This document shows positions 45,769-55,554 of a stretch of DNA of 64,000 bases, one piece after another. The position numbers and the translations under genes were made by a program. The DNA comes from Nanobdellota archaeon (lineage in GTDB: Archaea > Nanobdellota > Nanobdellia > Pacearchaeales > GW2011-AR1), in NCBI GenBank assembly GCA_018815925.1, contig JAHIWS010000006.1:14286-78285 (forward strand), read 5' to 3'. Position 1 is the stretch's first letter; each line of letters starts with the position of its first letter. Under the pieces are notes generated by a model that had not been told where the DNA came from, searched no databases, and saw only the letters and a program-made list of their open reading frames with translations.

Positions 45769-46679
45769 TCAAATAAATGAGCAAGAGGATTTTCAAAATT
45801 CTTGTTAATTTCTTGTATTCTTTTTTTTGCCCCTTTGTCATATTTTTTTAGTTGGTTTATTTTTTCAGTAATCTCTTCTTTAAGATCTGCAAAAGGGTTT
45901 GGATTATGTTTAAAATAAACATGTTTAAGCCAGATAAAAATTTCATCAAAATGATTTTTTTGCTCTAACCAAACTTTTTTCTGATTTTCAAGATGTAATA
46001 ATGGACCAAAGGAGATTATTCTATCTTCTTTATTTTTACCAATAAATTCTGTAAATGAAACTTTTTTTTTAGAACCATTTTCTTTAAAATGGGTAAATAA
46101 ATTATCATAAATCTCTTTAATTTTATTTTTTATACTAAAATTTCTTTTTGGGAGAACTACTGCTGTTTCTCTAAGAGCATTTCTATGAAGAATTTCTTTT
46201 TTTATTCTTCTATTTTCAGTGCTAATTGCTTTGTTTAATGATTCAACTAATTCTTTTAAAGTAACTTTCTTAAATCTTGGAATAGGACTTCTAGGAACAA
46301 GATCTGGAATACCTTCTTCTAATTCAATTCTTTCTAGCTCATACTTCTTTTTTTCTTCTTTTCCAAAAAGAATATCATCAATGCTTTTGATATATTTATT
46401 AAGAAGTATTTCTGATTTAATTCTTAAAAGGAGTGATGCTGCTAATAAAACCTTACTTGAGACAAAAAAATCTGTTTCTTCAAGATTTTGTATTTTAACA
46501 AGATATTTATCAGTAAGAATAACAATATCAATATTCCAAGGGTCTAATTGTTCTGTATTAATTAGGTCGTAAATGATGTCTTGCCAGCCTATTTCACGAT
46601 TAAAGAGCAAATCATGAACTTGATTTTGGTTTACACTTTGAATAGCCTCTTTTGAATCCATAAAAAGCATAAGAAACAA
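45765..46679 (-). CDS. scpA: segregation and condensation protein A (ScpA kleisin)
   Basis: WQDIIYDLINTEQLDPWNIDIVILTDKYL...ETDFFVSSKVLLAASLLLRIKSE is the ScpA N-terminal pattern. The true start may be the internal Met (MDSKEAIQ) at 46661. Confidence 0.75.
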   Translation of the reverse strand: MFLMLFMDSKEAIQSVNQNQVHDLLFNREIGWQDIIYDLINTEQLDPWNIDIVILTDKYLVKIQNLEETDFFVSSKVLLAASLLLRIKSEILLNKYIKSIDDILFGKEEKKKYELERIELEEGIPDLVPRSPIPRFKKVTLKELVESLNKAISTENRRIKKEILHRNALRETAVVLPKRNFSIKNKIKEIYDNLFTHFKENGSKKKVSFTEFIGKNKEDRIISFGPLLHLENQKKVWLEQKNHFDEIFIWLKHVYFKHNPNPFADLKEEITEKINQLKKYDKGAKKRIQEINKNFENPLAHLFD

Positions 46680-46972
46680 GCATTTTTATTCTTAACTAAT
46701 CCATGTAGTTGTTAAATATTTCAATAAGTAGTGTATAAATAACTCTAGTGTAGGAATCCTATTTACTACTTTAGATTAAGTAAAGCTTGTCATTTTAAAA
46801 GAGTAACACAATAGAAAGGTTTAAATACTAGAACATACTCAATATAATATCACCTCTTTTTCCCCAGGAGTAGGCTTCAAGTTAACTCTTTTTTTGACTT
46901 GAAGACTCTCCCAGGGTTATAATTATTATTAAAAATTATTTTTAATATGCGGGCTTAATAAATTATTTATTT

Positions 46973-47245
46973 TTAGATAATTTGCCCAATACATATTCTT
47001 AAAAACATATTTTTAATCCAAATCCAATTTAATAAAAGATGAATTATAATCAAAATTATCAATAAAACAGATGTCCAGTGATGGATAAATAACCAATCTT
47101 CTCTTAAAAAAATAAATAGGTTTCCTAATTTTCCACCTCCACGAGGTAAAACTAACCACAAAATAAAACCAGAAATAGCAATTAGCAAAAAGTCAATAAA
47201 CATGAGTAAATCTATTGTAAATTTAACTTGATTTTTATTCATCAT
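46973..47245 (-). CDS. hypothetical small membrane protein (90 aa, 3 TM)
   Basis: Hydrophobic ORF. Confidence 0.4.
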   Translation of the reverse strand: MMNKNQVKFTIDLLMFIDFLLIAISGFILWLVLPRGGGKLGNLFIFLREDWLFIHHWTSVLLIILIIIHLLLNWIWIKNMFLRICIGQII

Positions 47246-47295
47246 CTTAGAAATAAAAAAGATTATATAAAATTATCTTGCCAAATTATAATCAT

Positions 47296-47523
47296 TTATT
47301 TTTTCTTTTCTTCGACTTTTTTACTCTCAAACTCTGAATAATGGCACTTACCGCAGTAAAATCTTCCTTTAGAGTTCATTAAAAATACTCCAGGTCCACA
47401 ACGAGGGCAAAATCTCCCTCTTGTTAATTTATCGCCTTCTAGTTTATATTGAGTATATTTTTTGCTAGTAGGTTTGTTTTTGTGCGGTTTTTTACCCTTT
47501 TTTGGTTTTGATTTTTTAGGCAT
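47296..47523 (-). CDS. rps27ae: 30S ribosomal protein S27ae (eS31)
   Basis: RGRFCPRCGPGVFLMNSKGRFYCGKCHY zinc ribbon with a basic N-terminus. Confidence 0.85.
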   Translation of the reverse strand: MPKKSKPKKGKKPHKNKPTSKKYTQYKLEGDKLTRGRFCPRCGPGVFLMNSKGRFYCGKCHYSEFESKKVEEKKK

Positions 47524-47785
47524 TTTTAATATAATCTATGTAAACTCTATAATTATTTAATTCAGAAACCGGGATACTAAATGATCCTGGGTCTTTTTTC
47601 CAGGAGATTGACTCCAAAGTTAAAACACTTTTCCTTATCTCATTTATTTTTCCGGCTCTTCCATGAACACTCCTACCTACCTCAAAAAGATATTTCCCTT
47701 GCAAATCTTTTAATTTCATCTTTGTAGCATTATCTGTAATCATTGTCTTATAATCATACTTATAATCTCCACCCATTAATATCAT
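47516..47785 (-). CDS. hypothetical protein (89 aa) between eS24 and eS31 genes
   Basis: Overlaps both neighbours (4 nt with eS24, 8 nt with eS31). No family recognised. Confidence 0.4.
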   Translation of the reverse strand: MILMGGDYKYDYKTMITDNATKMKLKDLQGKYLFEVGRSVHGRAGKINEIRKSVLTLESISWKKDPGSFSIPVSELNNYRVYIDYIKNA

Positions 47786-48255
47786 TTTTTTTCCTCAACT
47801 TCTTCTTGTTTAATTTCACTCGCTTCACTCGATTGATTAGGGTTATTATCTTTAACTTGTTCTTCTTTATTAATTTCTTTCTTATCAATATCTATGTCAG
47901 TAGCATTTTTTTTGGGTATTTGTTCAGCAGATTCTGTTTTTTCTTCTACAGATTTCTCTTCTAATATTTTCTTCTCAGCACTCACTATTTTAGAATCTTT
48001 TTTCTTTTTCTTTTCAATATTATTTTTATCTTTTTCAGATGCATATATGTTAGTGTTGATTACGAATATTTTTGATCCAAATTTTCCTAAAATGTTTTTT
48101 ATTTTAATATTTTCAGCTTGAACAGAAAATTTTTCAGATAATAACTTTAATACATCTTGTCTACTAGGGGCAACTCCTGATTCCAAACTTGCTTTAATTT
48201 CTCTTCTATTAAATAAAGAATTTTTATGGTCATTAATAATTTTAAAATTTTCCAT
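47782..48255 (-). CDS. rps24e: 30S ribosomal protein S24e (eS24) with K/E-rich C-terminal extension
   Basis: NSLFNRREIKASLESGVAPSRQDVLKLLSEKFSVQAENIKIKNILGKFGS...IYASEKD. Confidence 0.85.
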   Translation of the reverse strand: MENFKIINDHKNSLFNRREIKASLESGVAPSRQDVLKLLSEKFSVQAENIKIKNILGKFGSKIFVINTNIYASEKDKNNIEKKKKKDSKIVSAEKKILEEKSVEEKTESAEQIPKKNATDIDIDKKEINKEEQVKDNNPNQSSEASEIKQEEVEEKK

Positions 48256-48260
48256 GAGAA

Positions 48261-48449
48261 TTACCTTGTTTTAATTGCAAAATTACCCTTATCTTTTATG
48301 TTTATTTTTTTAGCAATCTCTGATTTTTCAGGATTTATAATAACTATTCTGCCTTTAAATGAATCAGTAAATTCTTTAGAACCACATTTAGGACATTTTT
48401 CTCCATTTTCATATATTGTATTGCAAAGTCTACATGCTTTTGATTTCAT
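48261..48449 (-). CDS. spt4: transcription elongation factor Spt4 (RpoE'')
   Basis: KACRLCNTIYENGEKCPKCGSKEFTDSFKGRIVIINPEKSEIAKKI is the zinc ribbon plus NGN-binding segment. Confidence 0.8.
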   Translation of the reverse strand: MKSKACRLCNTIYENGEKCPKCGSKEFTDSFKGRIVIINPEKSEIAKKINIKDKGNFAIKTR

Positions 48450-48500
48450 TTAATTTTCCTCCAAATGAGATTAAATGAAAATCTTTGATTTACTTTTGAT

Positions 48501-48743
48501 TTAACCATTTTGTATTGTATTTTGTTTAGCACCTTGAGCCTTATATTGAACAAGTTCTAATTCATATCTTTCTAATTCTTTAATTAAACTCATAATTCCA
48601 GAATTATATCTTAACAAATTTTCTTTTTTTTCAAATGCTTCTCTCCTATCATTCCTTAAAGCAGTAATTTTGTTTTTAATTACATTTATATTATTTTTTA
48701 GTTCTAATTGTTCCATCTTATTTATTTGTTCTAAGGTATTCAT
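48501..48743 (-). CDS. hypothetical coiled-coil protein (80 aa) between Rpo7 and Spt4 genes
   Basis: 4-nt overlap with the Rpo7 gene. Heptad-like sequence. Confidence 0.35.
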   Translation of the reverse strand: MNTLEQINKMEQLELKNNINVIKNKITALRNDRREAFEKKENLLRYNSGIMSLIKELERYELELVQYKAQGAKQNTIQNG

Positions 48744-49354
48744 TTTTTCTTTACTTTTCCCTTCATTGTTTTAGCTTCTTTATCAGCAACTTTAGCTGCT
48801 TTTTTATTTTCTTTTTCTTTTTTAATTTTATCTTCTTTAATCCATTCAAGTTTTCCTAATCCAGGTTGTCTCATTGTTAATCCTATTTTTGGCTCACCAC
48901 TCTTATGGGAAAGAGCAACAATTCTTGCTAAACATAAATCACCTTGTTTTAAACTTCTTTTAGATGATTTTCCCATTAAAGAATTTGCTTTTGAAAAACT
49001 AACATAATCATCCATTGTTTGACTTATGTGGATCATACCTTTCATCACTCCCATATCAATAAAAGCACCAAAATCAGTAATTTCTGATATTATTCCATAA
49101 ACCAATTCTTGCATCTCTGGTTTCCAAACAAGCAATTTAAATCTTGAATTATAATAAGCAGCACCATCTCCAGGAATTATAACACCTTCTCCAACTTCTA
49201 AAACCTCAACAACCACAACTACTTTTCCGAGTTCTTTATCATAATAGTCACTATATGTTTCTTGGAGTTGTTGATCAATAGCTTCGATAGTAGGTAAACC
49301 AAATAATTTTGGATCTACTCTAATATAATCTCTAACTTCAGTCAAATAGAACAT
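48740..49354 (-). CDS. rpoE: DNA-directed RNA polymerase subunit Rpo7 (RpoE')
   Basis: MFYLTEVRDYIRVDPKLFG..., then the S1 domain GIISEITDFGAFIDMGVMKGMIHISQ. Confidence 0.88.
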   Translation of the reverse strand: MFYLTEVRDYIRVDPKLFGLPTIEAIDQQLQETYSDYYDKELGKVVVVVEVLEVGEGVIIPGDGAAYYNSRFKLLVWKPEMQELVYGIISEITDFGAFIDMGVMKGMIHISQTMDDYVSFSKANSLMGKSSKRSLKQGDLCLARIVALSHKSGEPKIGLTMRQPGLGKLEWIKEDKIKKEKENKKAAKVADKEAKTMKGKVKKK

Positions 49355-49461
49355 TTTACTTGAAAAAGATAGTAAAAATCGGTTTAAAAGCTCTTCGGTC
49401 AGTTCAAAAGAGATTTTGGTGAAAATTTTATATTTGCTCTTGAGAGGTTTTCTTACACTAA

Positions 49462-49839
49462 TTAAACAACTTCTAACTTTTTTTTGCCTCTGAGAACTAT
49501 TTTGTTATTTTTTATTTTATTTTTTAATTCCTTGTCCATTGTAGCCATAACAATATCTTTGTTTTTTTCTGAAAATTTTATGAGGCCATTATCAACATTT
49601 TTTATCCCAAGATCAATCTCTTCAAAATTACCTCCAATGTTTTCCAATATTTTCAAGGCAATTCTAGCTTCATCTCTAAAATGAAGCTTTTGTTTTGATT
49701 TAAGAATTCCACCTAATTCAGCAAAAACTTGTTTTGGAATTAAGATAGTATAACCCCTAAAGTCCAACTCTTCAATAAAATCAAATTTTTCCCTTACACA
49801 ACTAAGGATAAAACTTGTATCAAGTACTACTTTCTTCAT
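49462..49839 (-). CDS. PIN-domain protein (Fcf1/Utp24-like, conserved neighbour of rpoE')
   Basis: VVLDTSFIL, FAELG, VMATMDKELK acidic-residue pattern. Conserved position upstream of Rpo7 in archaea. Confidence 0.7.
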   Translation of the reverse strand: MKKVVLDTSFILSCVREKFDFIEELDFRGYTILIPKQVFAELGGILKSKQKLHFRDEARIALKILENIGGNFEEIDLGIKNVDNGLIKFSEKNKDIVMATMDKELKNKIKNNKIVLRGKKKLEVV

Positions 49840-49918
49840 TTTATTAAGTAGAACTTATAGTTTTTATATTTATTTAAATAGAAAGCTTTTTAACAAATAA
49901 AAATAGATTTTATAGTAA

Positions 49919-49990
49919 GGTCCATTAGTCCAACGGCTAAGACACCTCGTTTACACCGAGGAAACCCAGGTCCGACTCCTGGATGGACCA
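49919..49990 (+). tRNA. tRNA-Val (anticodon UAC)
   Basis: Acceptor GGTCCAT/ATGGACC, anticodon stem CCTCG/CGAGG with loop TTTACAC, T arm CCAGG-TCCGACT-CCTGG, discriminator A. Confidence 0.85.
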
Positions 49991-50029
49991 TGCTAATTTT
50001 TTTAAAGTCTTTTTTCTAATTAAACTCAT

Positions 50030-50200
50030 GCGTGGATGGTTTAGTGGTAGAACATAACGTTGCCAATGATGGAAACCAATGTTTCCCTTCACAACCCTTC
50101 CTTTTTAGTACAGAAAGGTACTTCCTTTCTCTTCCTCTAATAGGAAGTAAGAAGAAAAAGCAAAAACGTTAGGATCCGGGTCCGATTCCCGGTCCGCGCA
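50030..50200 (+). tRNA. tRNA-Gly (anticodon GCC) with about 100-nt intron (50066-50165)
   Basis: Acceptor GCGTGGA/TCCGCGC, D arm GTTT-AGTGGTA-GAAC, anticodon stem TAACG/CGTTA with loop TTGCCA|intron|A, T arm CCGGG-TCCGATT-CCCGG, discriminator A. Confidence 0.8.
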
Positions 50201-51136
50201 TTAATCAAAATAAGGATTAATTAATTCTAAATCTTTTGGTTGTAATCTTTTATACTCGCATTCAACATTTATTGTTTCAGGAAAAAAATATAATCCAACT
50301 TTTGCTTCAAGATTCCTATTTTTTCTTTTTTTGTTTATTCTCATATTACTCGCTCCTTTTAATTTAGGACCTATTGGTGTAAATTCAGAAAATAGTTCAA
50401 TGTATTTTGATGCAGGAATTTGTCCTTTAATTTCCATGTTTGTATAATTATCAGATAAAAAATAAGCACCCTTTATATCCAACTCATTGGTTGAAAATGA
50501 AAATGCAAGAGTTTCTCTTTCAAGGTAATACTTAGCATGAATCCTTTTTATATCTTTTTTTCTTTTTGGATTAATACTTTTAATTTTGTTCAGTCTATTT
50601 GCTTTTTGGTCCACTAGTTTAAACATTAAATACTTCTTAACTAAATTAGGATCAACCACTTTTTCTCTTTCATTCTTATAAGCTGTTAATATAGTTTCTT
50701 CCTTAGGATTTTTAAGATAAGTTGTAATAATTTTCTCAATAGAATCTGTTTCAATTCTATTAATTTCAGCAATACTAATTCCTCCTCCAGTAAAAATCTT
50801 AAATTCATAATGTGTAAATTCATTTGAAACTCTATAGAAATCTGTGTTAATGCTTTCTAAAAGATATTTAGCAACATGAATATTAAGTGTATCCCCTTCA
50901 AGATGCTCTCTTTTCAGGTTGTATTTTACTTCTTTAGAAAACTCTCTTTTTCTATATTTTCCATAATTTTCTTTTAAATCTCTAGCTAATCTTATTAAAT
51001 CCTTCTTAAATTGTGCAAAAGATTTTAAGGATTCATTTCTTATATCTTGGTATACTTGAATTTTTAATTCCTTTTTACTTTTTTTTTCAAATTCAAGACT
51101 TAAAATTTCTCTAATCTCTTTCCATATAGGATCCAT
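50201..51136 (-). CDS. hypothetical protein (311 aa)
   Basis: ORF whose stop codon abuts the 3' end of tRNA-Gly (convergent). No family recognised. Confidence 0.45.
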   Translation of the reverse strand: MDPIWKEIREILSLEFEKKSKKELKIQVYQDIRNESLKSFAQFKKDLIRLARDLKENYGKYRKREFSKEVKYNLKREHLEGDTLNIHVAKYLLESINTDFYRVSNEFTHYEFKIFTGGGISIAEINRIETDSIEKIITTYLKNPKEETILTAYKNEREKVVDPNLVKKYLMFKLVDQKANRLNKIKSINPKRKKDIKRIHAKYYLERETLAFSFSTNELDIKGAYFLSDNYTNMEIKGQIPASKYIELFSEFTPIGPKLKGASNMRINKKRKNRNLEAKVGLYFFPETINVECEYKRLQPKDLELINPYFD

Positions 51137-51241
51137 CTCTTATATGGAAAAAATAAGGTTTATAAAAACATGCATAAATAGAAATAAGTTTTTTCCCAAG
51201 TTTTTTAAAGCATTTTTCCTTATTTCTTATAAGAGGTAAAA

Positions 51242-52105
51242 ATGTCATTATCAATAATCATTCCTTTAATTGGAGCAGTAGCTTTAGGAACAGGAACAAT
51301 ACTTGAAAAAATAATATTAAGAAAAAGAAAAATTAATATCAAGTTATTTCAGACTACTGGATTTTTAGCAATTATTCTAGTTATGTTGCCTCTTCTTTAT
51401 TTTTTCTGGGAATTTGATACAGCTGCATTATCTACTAAAAATATTTTAATTATGTTTGGAGTTGTTACAGGCTCTATAATTGCGAATATTCTTGTTTTTT
51501 ATGCTATGAAATGGGAAAAAATAACTAACATAGAACCTGCTAGATTAGTAGAGCCTTTATTTACTATTGGATTGGCAATAATTTTTAGTTTTATTTTTGG
51601 AGAAGCTTTATTTGAAAGAAACACAAAAGTAATAATTCCTGCGATGATTGCAGGAGTTGCTTTGATTTTCTCACACATAAAAAAACATCACTTAGAATTT
51701 AATAAATATTTTATAGCAGCAATAATTGGGAGTTTTTTCTTTGCTTTTGAATTAGTTCTTTCAAGATTAATTCTAGACTTTTATTCACCCATAACTTTTT
51801 ATTTTATTAGGAGTACTTTAGTTTTTTTAATTAGTTTTATAATTTTTCAACCACATTTTTCAAAATTAAATTCAAAAATAAGATGGGAGATTTTAATAAT
51901 AGGGGCTATTTGGGTGCTTTTTAGAGTATTAGTTTACTATGGTTATTTAAACTATGGGGTTATTTTTACAACTTTAATATTAATGCTTGGTCCAGTTTTT
52001 ATCTATTTATTTGCATGGAAATTTCTTAAAGAAAAAATAAGTTGGAGAAACCTAGTCGCAGCAGGAATAATAATTGCAGCTGTTTTATATACTTTATTGG
52101 GTTAA
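51242..52105 (+). CDS. EamA/DMT-family transporter (10 TM)
   Basis: Two repeated 5-TM halves with the hydrophobic pattern typical of EamA domains. Confidence 0.7.
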   Translation: MSLSIIIPLIGAVALGTGTILEKIILRKRKINIKLFQTTGFLAIILVMLPLLYFFWEFDTAALSTKNILIMFGVVTGSIIANILVFYAMKWEKITNIEPARLVEPLFTIGLAIIFSFIFGEALFERNTKVIIPAMIAGVALIFSHIKKHHLEFNKYFIAAIIGSFFFAFELVLSRLILDFYSPITFYFIRSTLVFLISFIIFQPHFSKLNSKIRWEILIIGAIWVLFRVLVYYGYLNYGVIFTTLILMLGPVFIYLFAWKFLKEKISWRNLVAAGIIIAAVLYTLLG

Positions 52106-52305
52106 AAAGAAGCCTTTGTTCCATCTAAATTATAAAAAACTTTTTTAAAAGTAAGTGTATTTTTCCTAATAATAAGATTTCCTTCTATTTTATAAGTATA
52201 TATAGAACCTATCTTTTTTTTATATACTTTAACAATATCAACAATATTTTCAGGCAATTGGTAAGGCTCTATAATGCTTTGTATAATTTTTCCTAAATTA
52301 CCCAT
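52102..52305 (-). CDS. hypothetical protein (67 aa)
   Basis: ORF only; downstream of the thermosome gene. Confidence 0.3.
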   Translation of the reverse strand: MGNLGKIIQSIIEPYQLPENIVDIVKVYKKKIGSIYTYKIEGNLIIRKNTLTFKKVFYNLDGTKASF

Positions 52306-52335
52306 TATAATTAAATATTTAATTGGTTTTTAAAT

Positions 52336-53949
52336 CTAATCATACCCCATGCCAGGAGGAATTCCTCCAGGCATATTTGAACGTCTTTTATCCCCAGAAC
52401 TAGCGATTACATCGTCAATTCTTAAAATCATAATTGCAACTTCACTTGCAGAACTAATTGCCTGACTCTTTATTTTATAAGGTTCAATAATTCTGGCTTC
52501 TAAAACATTTTCAACTTTATTAGTAAAAAGATTAAGACCTGCATTTTTTTCACCTGCATCATGTTTAGATTTTAGTTCTGTTAAAACGTCAATAGGGTCA
52601 ATTCCTGCATTTTCAGCAAGAGTTGTTGGTATAAATTCTAAAGCAGAAGCAAATTCTTCAACAGCTAACTGCTCTCTGCCTGAAAGCTCCTGAGAAAATT
52701 CCCTCAGTCTTTTTGCAAGTTCAATTTCTACTGCTCCACCCCCAGAAACAATCATTCCAGATTTTAAAGAAGCAATAACATCACCCAAACCATCTTTAAT
52801 TGCTCTTTCAATTTCATCAATTACATGACTAGTTCCCCCATGAATTAAAATAGTTAGTGATTTTGGATTTTTACAACCCCTAACATAAGTTAAAACATCT
52901 TCACCAGATTTTACTTCTTCTACTGTTTGAGCATTTCCTAATTCAAAATTAGTAAGTTCTTCTAAATTACTAACAATTTTTCCGCCAGTTGCTTTAGATA
53001 TTTTTTCCATATCAGACTTAGCAACTCTTCTACAAGCATAAATACCCTCTTTACTTAATAAATACTGGGCAAAATCATCAATTCCTTTTTGACAAAAAAC
53101 AACATTAGCTCCAGACAATTTAACTTTCTCAATCATTTCTTTTATTGTTCTTTCTTCTTGAGTAAGAAAATTTTGTAATTGCTCTGGTGAGGAAATAGAA
53201 ATCTTGGTATCTATTTCTGGATTTTTTAGTTCTAATGGAAAATCAATTAAAGCTATTTGTGCATTCTCTACTTTTTTAGGCATATCATGTGAAACCTTTT
53301 CTTTATCTAAAACAACACCAGAAATTAATTCAGTATCCTTAATACCTTCTCCTTTTGATTTTACGATTTTAATATCATCTAAATCAATTTTTCCATTATT
53401 TCTGATTTGTTTAACAGCTCTAACAATGATTTCAGAAAAAATCTCTTTAGAATCTTCTGCACCTTTTCCAGTCATAGCAGTCATAGCAATTTGTTTTAAA
53501 ATATCTTCATCATCAGATGTTATTCTTAAAGAAACATCTCTTAATATTTGTTGAGATTTTTCAGCAGCAAGCCTATAACCTTTTGTTATAACAGTTGGAT
53601 GTATTTTTTTATCTAAAAGTTTTTCAGCATTTTCTAATAATTTTCCTGCAATCATAACAGCAGTGGTTGTGCCATCTCCAACTTCCGATTCCTGAGTCTT
53701 TGCAATTTCAACCATCATTTTTGCGGCAGGATGTTCAATCTGCATTTCATCTAAAATAGTCACTCCATCATTTGTAACTATTATATCATTTGTTGGGGAA
53801 ACAAGCATTTTATCCATTCCTTTTGGGCCTAAAGTAGTTTTAACTATCTCAGAAACCATTTTTGCAGCTAAAATATTATTTCGCTGTGCATCTTTTCCCA
53901 TTATCCTCTGGATATCTTCTGGCATAAGAATTACTGGTTTTTCAGGCAT
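52336..53949 (-). CDS. ths: thermosome subunit (group II chaperonin)
   Basis: [38 protein letters not shown]-terminal GGIPPGMG tail. Confidence 0.95.
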   Translation of the reverse strand: MPEKPVILMPEDIQRIMGKDAQRNNILAAKMVSEIVKTTLGPKGMDKMLVSPTNDIIVTNDGVTILDEMQIEHPAAKMMVEIAKTQESEVGDGTTTAVMIAGKLLENAEKLLDKKIHPTVITKGYRLAAEKSQQILRDVSLRITSDDEDILKQIAMTAMTGKGAEDSKEIFSEIIVRAVKQIRNNGKIDLDDIKIVKSKGEGIKDTELISGVVLDKEKVSHDMPKKVENAQIALIDFPLELKNPEIDTKISISSPEQLQNFLTQEERTIKEMIEKVKLSGANVVFCQKGIDDFAQYLLSKEGIYACRRVAKSDMEKISKATGGKIVSNLEELTNFELGNAQTVEEVKSGEDVLTYVRGCKNPKSLTILIHGGTSHVIDEIERAIKDGLGDVIASLKSGMIVSGGGAVEIELAKRLREFSQELSGREQLAVEEFASALEFIPTTLAENAGIDPIDVLTELKSKHDAGEKNAGLNLFTNKVENVLEARIIEPYKIKSQAISSASEVAIMILRIDDVIASSGDKRRSNMPGGIPPGMGYD

Positions 53950-53970
53950 ACTAAACCTTCTTCTTGCCCA

Positions 53971-53978
53971 TATTTAAA
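53971..53978 (-). promoter_or_regulatory. TATA box of the thermosome gene
   Basis: Minus-strand TTTAAATA, 21 nt upstream of the ATG at 53949. Confidence 0.45.
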
Positions 53979-54057
53979 CATTATTGTGATAAAATGAAAA
54001 TGAAAACCTTTATAAGTAAATGTTATTAAAGAGTGATAACAAAACTTGGAATTTAAA

Positions 54058-54306
54058 ATGGATAAAATAAATAAATATTATCAAAAGCAAGCACAAGGTA
54101 TTGAAACAAATAAAGAAAAAATATCAAGCATAGTTGGAAAATTTATTGCTAAAAAGTTTGATCGATTTGGGAATAAACTTGTTGATGCTTGTGTATCTCT
54201 TGATGAAAGGGTTAGAGGACCAATTATTTCTGATGAAGATTACTATGTTAATGGAGAATACCCTTTAAGAAATAAAGAAAAAAATAAACCTAAAAACAAA
54301 TTTTAA
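54058..54306 (+). CDS. hypothetical protein (82 aa)
   Basis: ORF with an upstream GAAAACCTTTATAAG BRE/TATA at 54002-54016. Confidence 0.3.
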   Translation: MDKINKYYQKQAQGIETNKEKISSIVGKFIAKKFDRFGNKLVDACVSLDERVRGPIISDEDYYVNGEYPLRNKEKNKPKNKF

Positions 54307-54482
54307 AATGAAATATCCTTTTAAACAATTTATGGGGGGTGTTGGAGATAAAGTAGCAAATGCTTATCTTTTTTTAAATAACATACCCAGACCTGATGAA
54401 CAACTAGCTAAAGAGGGTTTAGATTATATAATTAGAAAAGTCCAGGTTTACAGGTATAAAAGAAGAGAGGCAAGGAAATAAA

Positions 54483-55499
54483 ATGACAAATTCTATTGAT
54501 AAGAATATAGATAATTATTCTATAAAAAATTTAATCAAAAGAGAGACTAAAATAGCAACTTATAATGCCTTTAAATATGCAATAGGTATGCCTTTGAAGG
54601 GACTAGTTGTTTATGGGGTGGGTTTACCTTTTTGGGCTGTAAAAAAAATATTGGTTGATAGGATTTATAAAATAGATGAAGATGAAGTAGGGGTTGTGTT
54701 TCAAGGACATAAGTTATTTAAAAAAAAGCAAGGAGATGTTGCTATGAATTTATATGAACAAATTTTAGAAACAAGAGGAAATGAATTTTTTGGAGAACAA
54801 ACAACTGCTGATCAAGTATTATATAAAGAAAATAAGGATATATTTTTACCAAGAGCAAAAATTGTTGGTCCTGGAATTTATTATAAACTTCCTTTTACAA
54901 AAATAGTTAGGGTTGATGTAAATAAATGGCCAATAAATCCAGAACCAAGATCTTTTCCAACAGAGACTAAAGGAGGAATAGTAATTGAAATGGATGTTGA
55001 TTTAAGAGCAAGATATCAAAAAATCCCTATACCTTTTTCTTTTATTAATTTTGGGAGAATAATGAGAAATGATACTGATTGGGAAAAAGACCTAGAAAAA
55101 AATGTAGAAACAGAAGCCTACAATATAATATCAGAACATTTTGAAAAATATGATTTTCCAGGTATATTAACTAATCCCATAAATTCTCCTAGCAGGATAA
55201 AACAAAAAAAAATAATGAAAGATATTGGGGTAAAAATATTTCCTTCAAAAGAAGGTTATAAAGTTTCAGAAAGTCAAAAAGATGCCCTGACAAATGCTCT
55301 TGTAGAACAACAAAGACTTGCTGAATCAGGTAGAATACATAGAGAAGATTTTGTTAAAGCAATTAATGCTATAGAAGATTTAGCTAAAAACAGTAAATAT
55401 AGCGGAGATTTTTTTAGATTATTAGAAGAATTTAGAAAATTTAAACAAGGTTATGAAAGAATTCCTATTCACCCAATTCAGATAAAAGAAACAAATTAA
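54483..55499 (+). CDS. SPFH/Band-7-like domain protein, divergent
   Basis: N-terminal TM, DEDEVGVVFQG, VGPGIYYKLPFTKIVRVDVN...ETKGGIVIEMDVDLRARYQ follows the stomatin/prohibitin pattern, with an insertion. Confidence 0.45.
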   Translation: MTNSIDKNIDNYSIKNLIKRETKIATYNAFKYAIGMPLKGLVVYGVGLPFWAVKKILVDRIYKIDEDEVGVVFQGHKLFKKKQGDVAMNLYEQILETRGNEFFGEQTTADQVLYKENKDIFLPRAKIVGPGIYYKLPFTKIVRVDVNKWPINPEPRSFPTETKGGIVIEMDVDLRARYQKIPIPFSFINFGRIMRNDTDWEKDLEKNVETEAYNIISEHFEKYDFPGILTNPINSPSRIKQKKIMKDIGVKIFPSKEGYKVSESQKDALTNALVEQQRLAESGRIHREDFVKAINAIEDLAKNSKYSGDFFRLLEEFRKFKQGYERIPIHPIQIKETN

Positions 55500-55554
55500 A
55501 GTGGAAAAGTTTATAAATAGTACTTACTCAAAAATTACAACATAATAAAATAAA

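Noticed and set aside
50066-50165. Box C/D guide RNA inside the tRNA-Gly intron (AATGATGG near its 5' end)
   Set aside because: No CTGA D or D' box and no terminal kink-turn pairing could be found by eye. Kept only as something to test.
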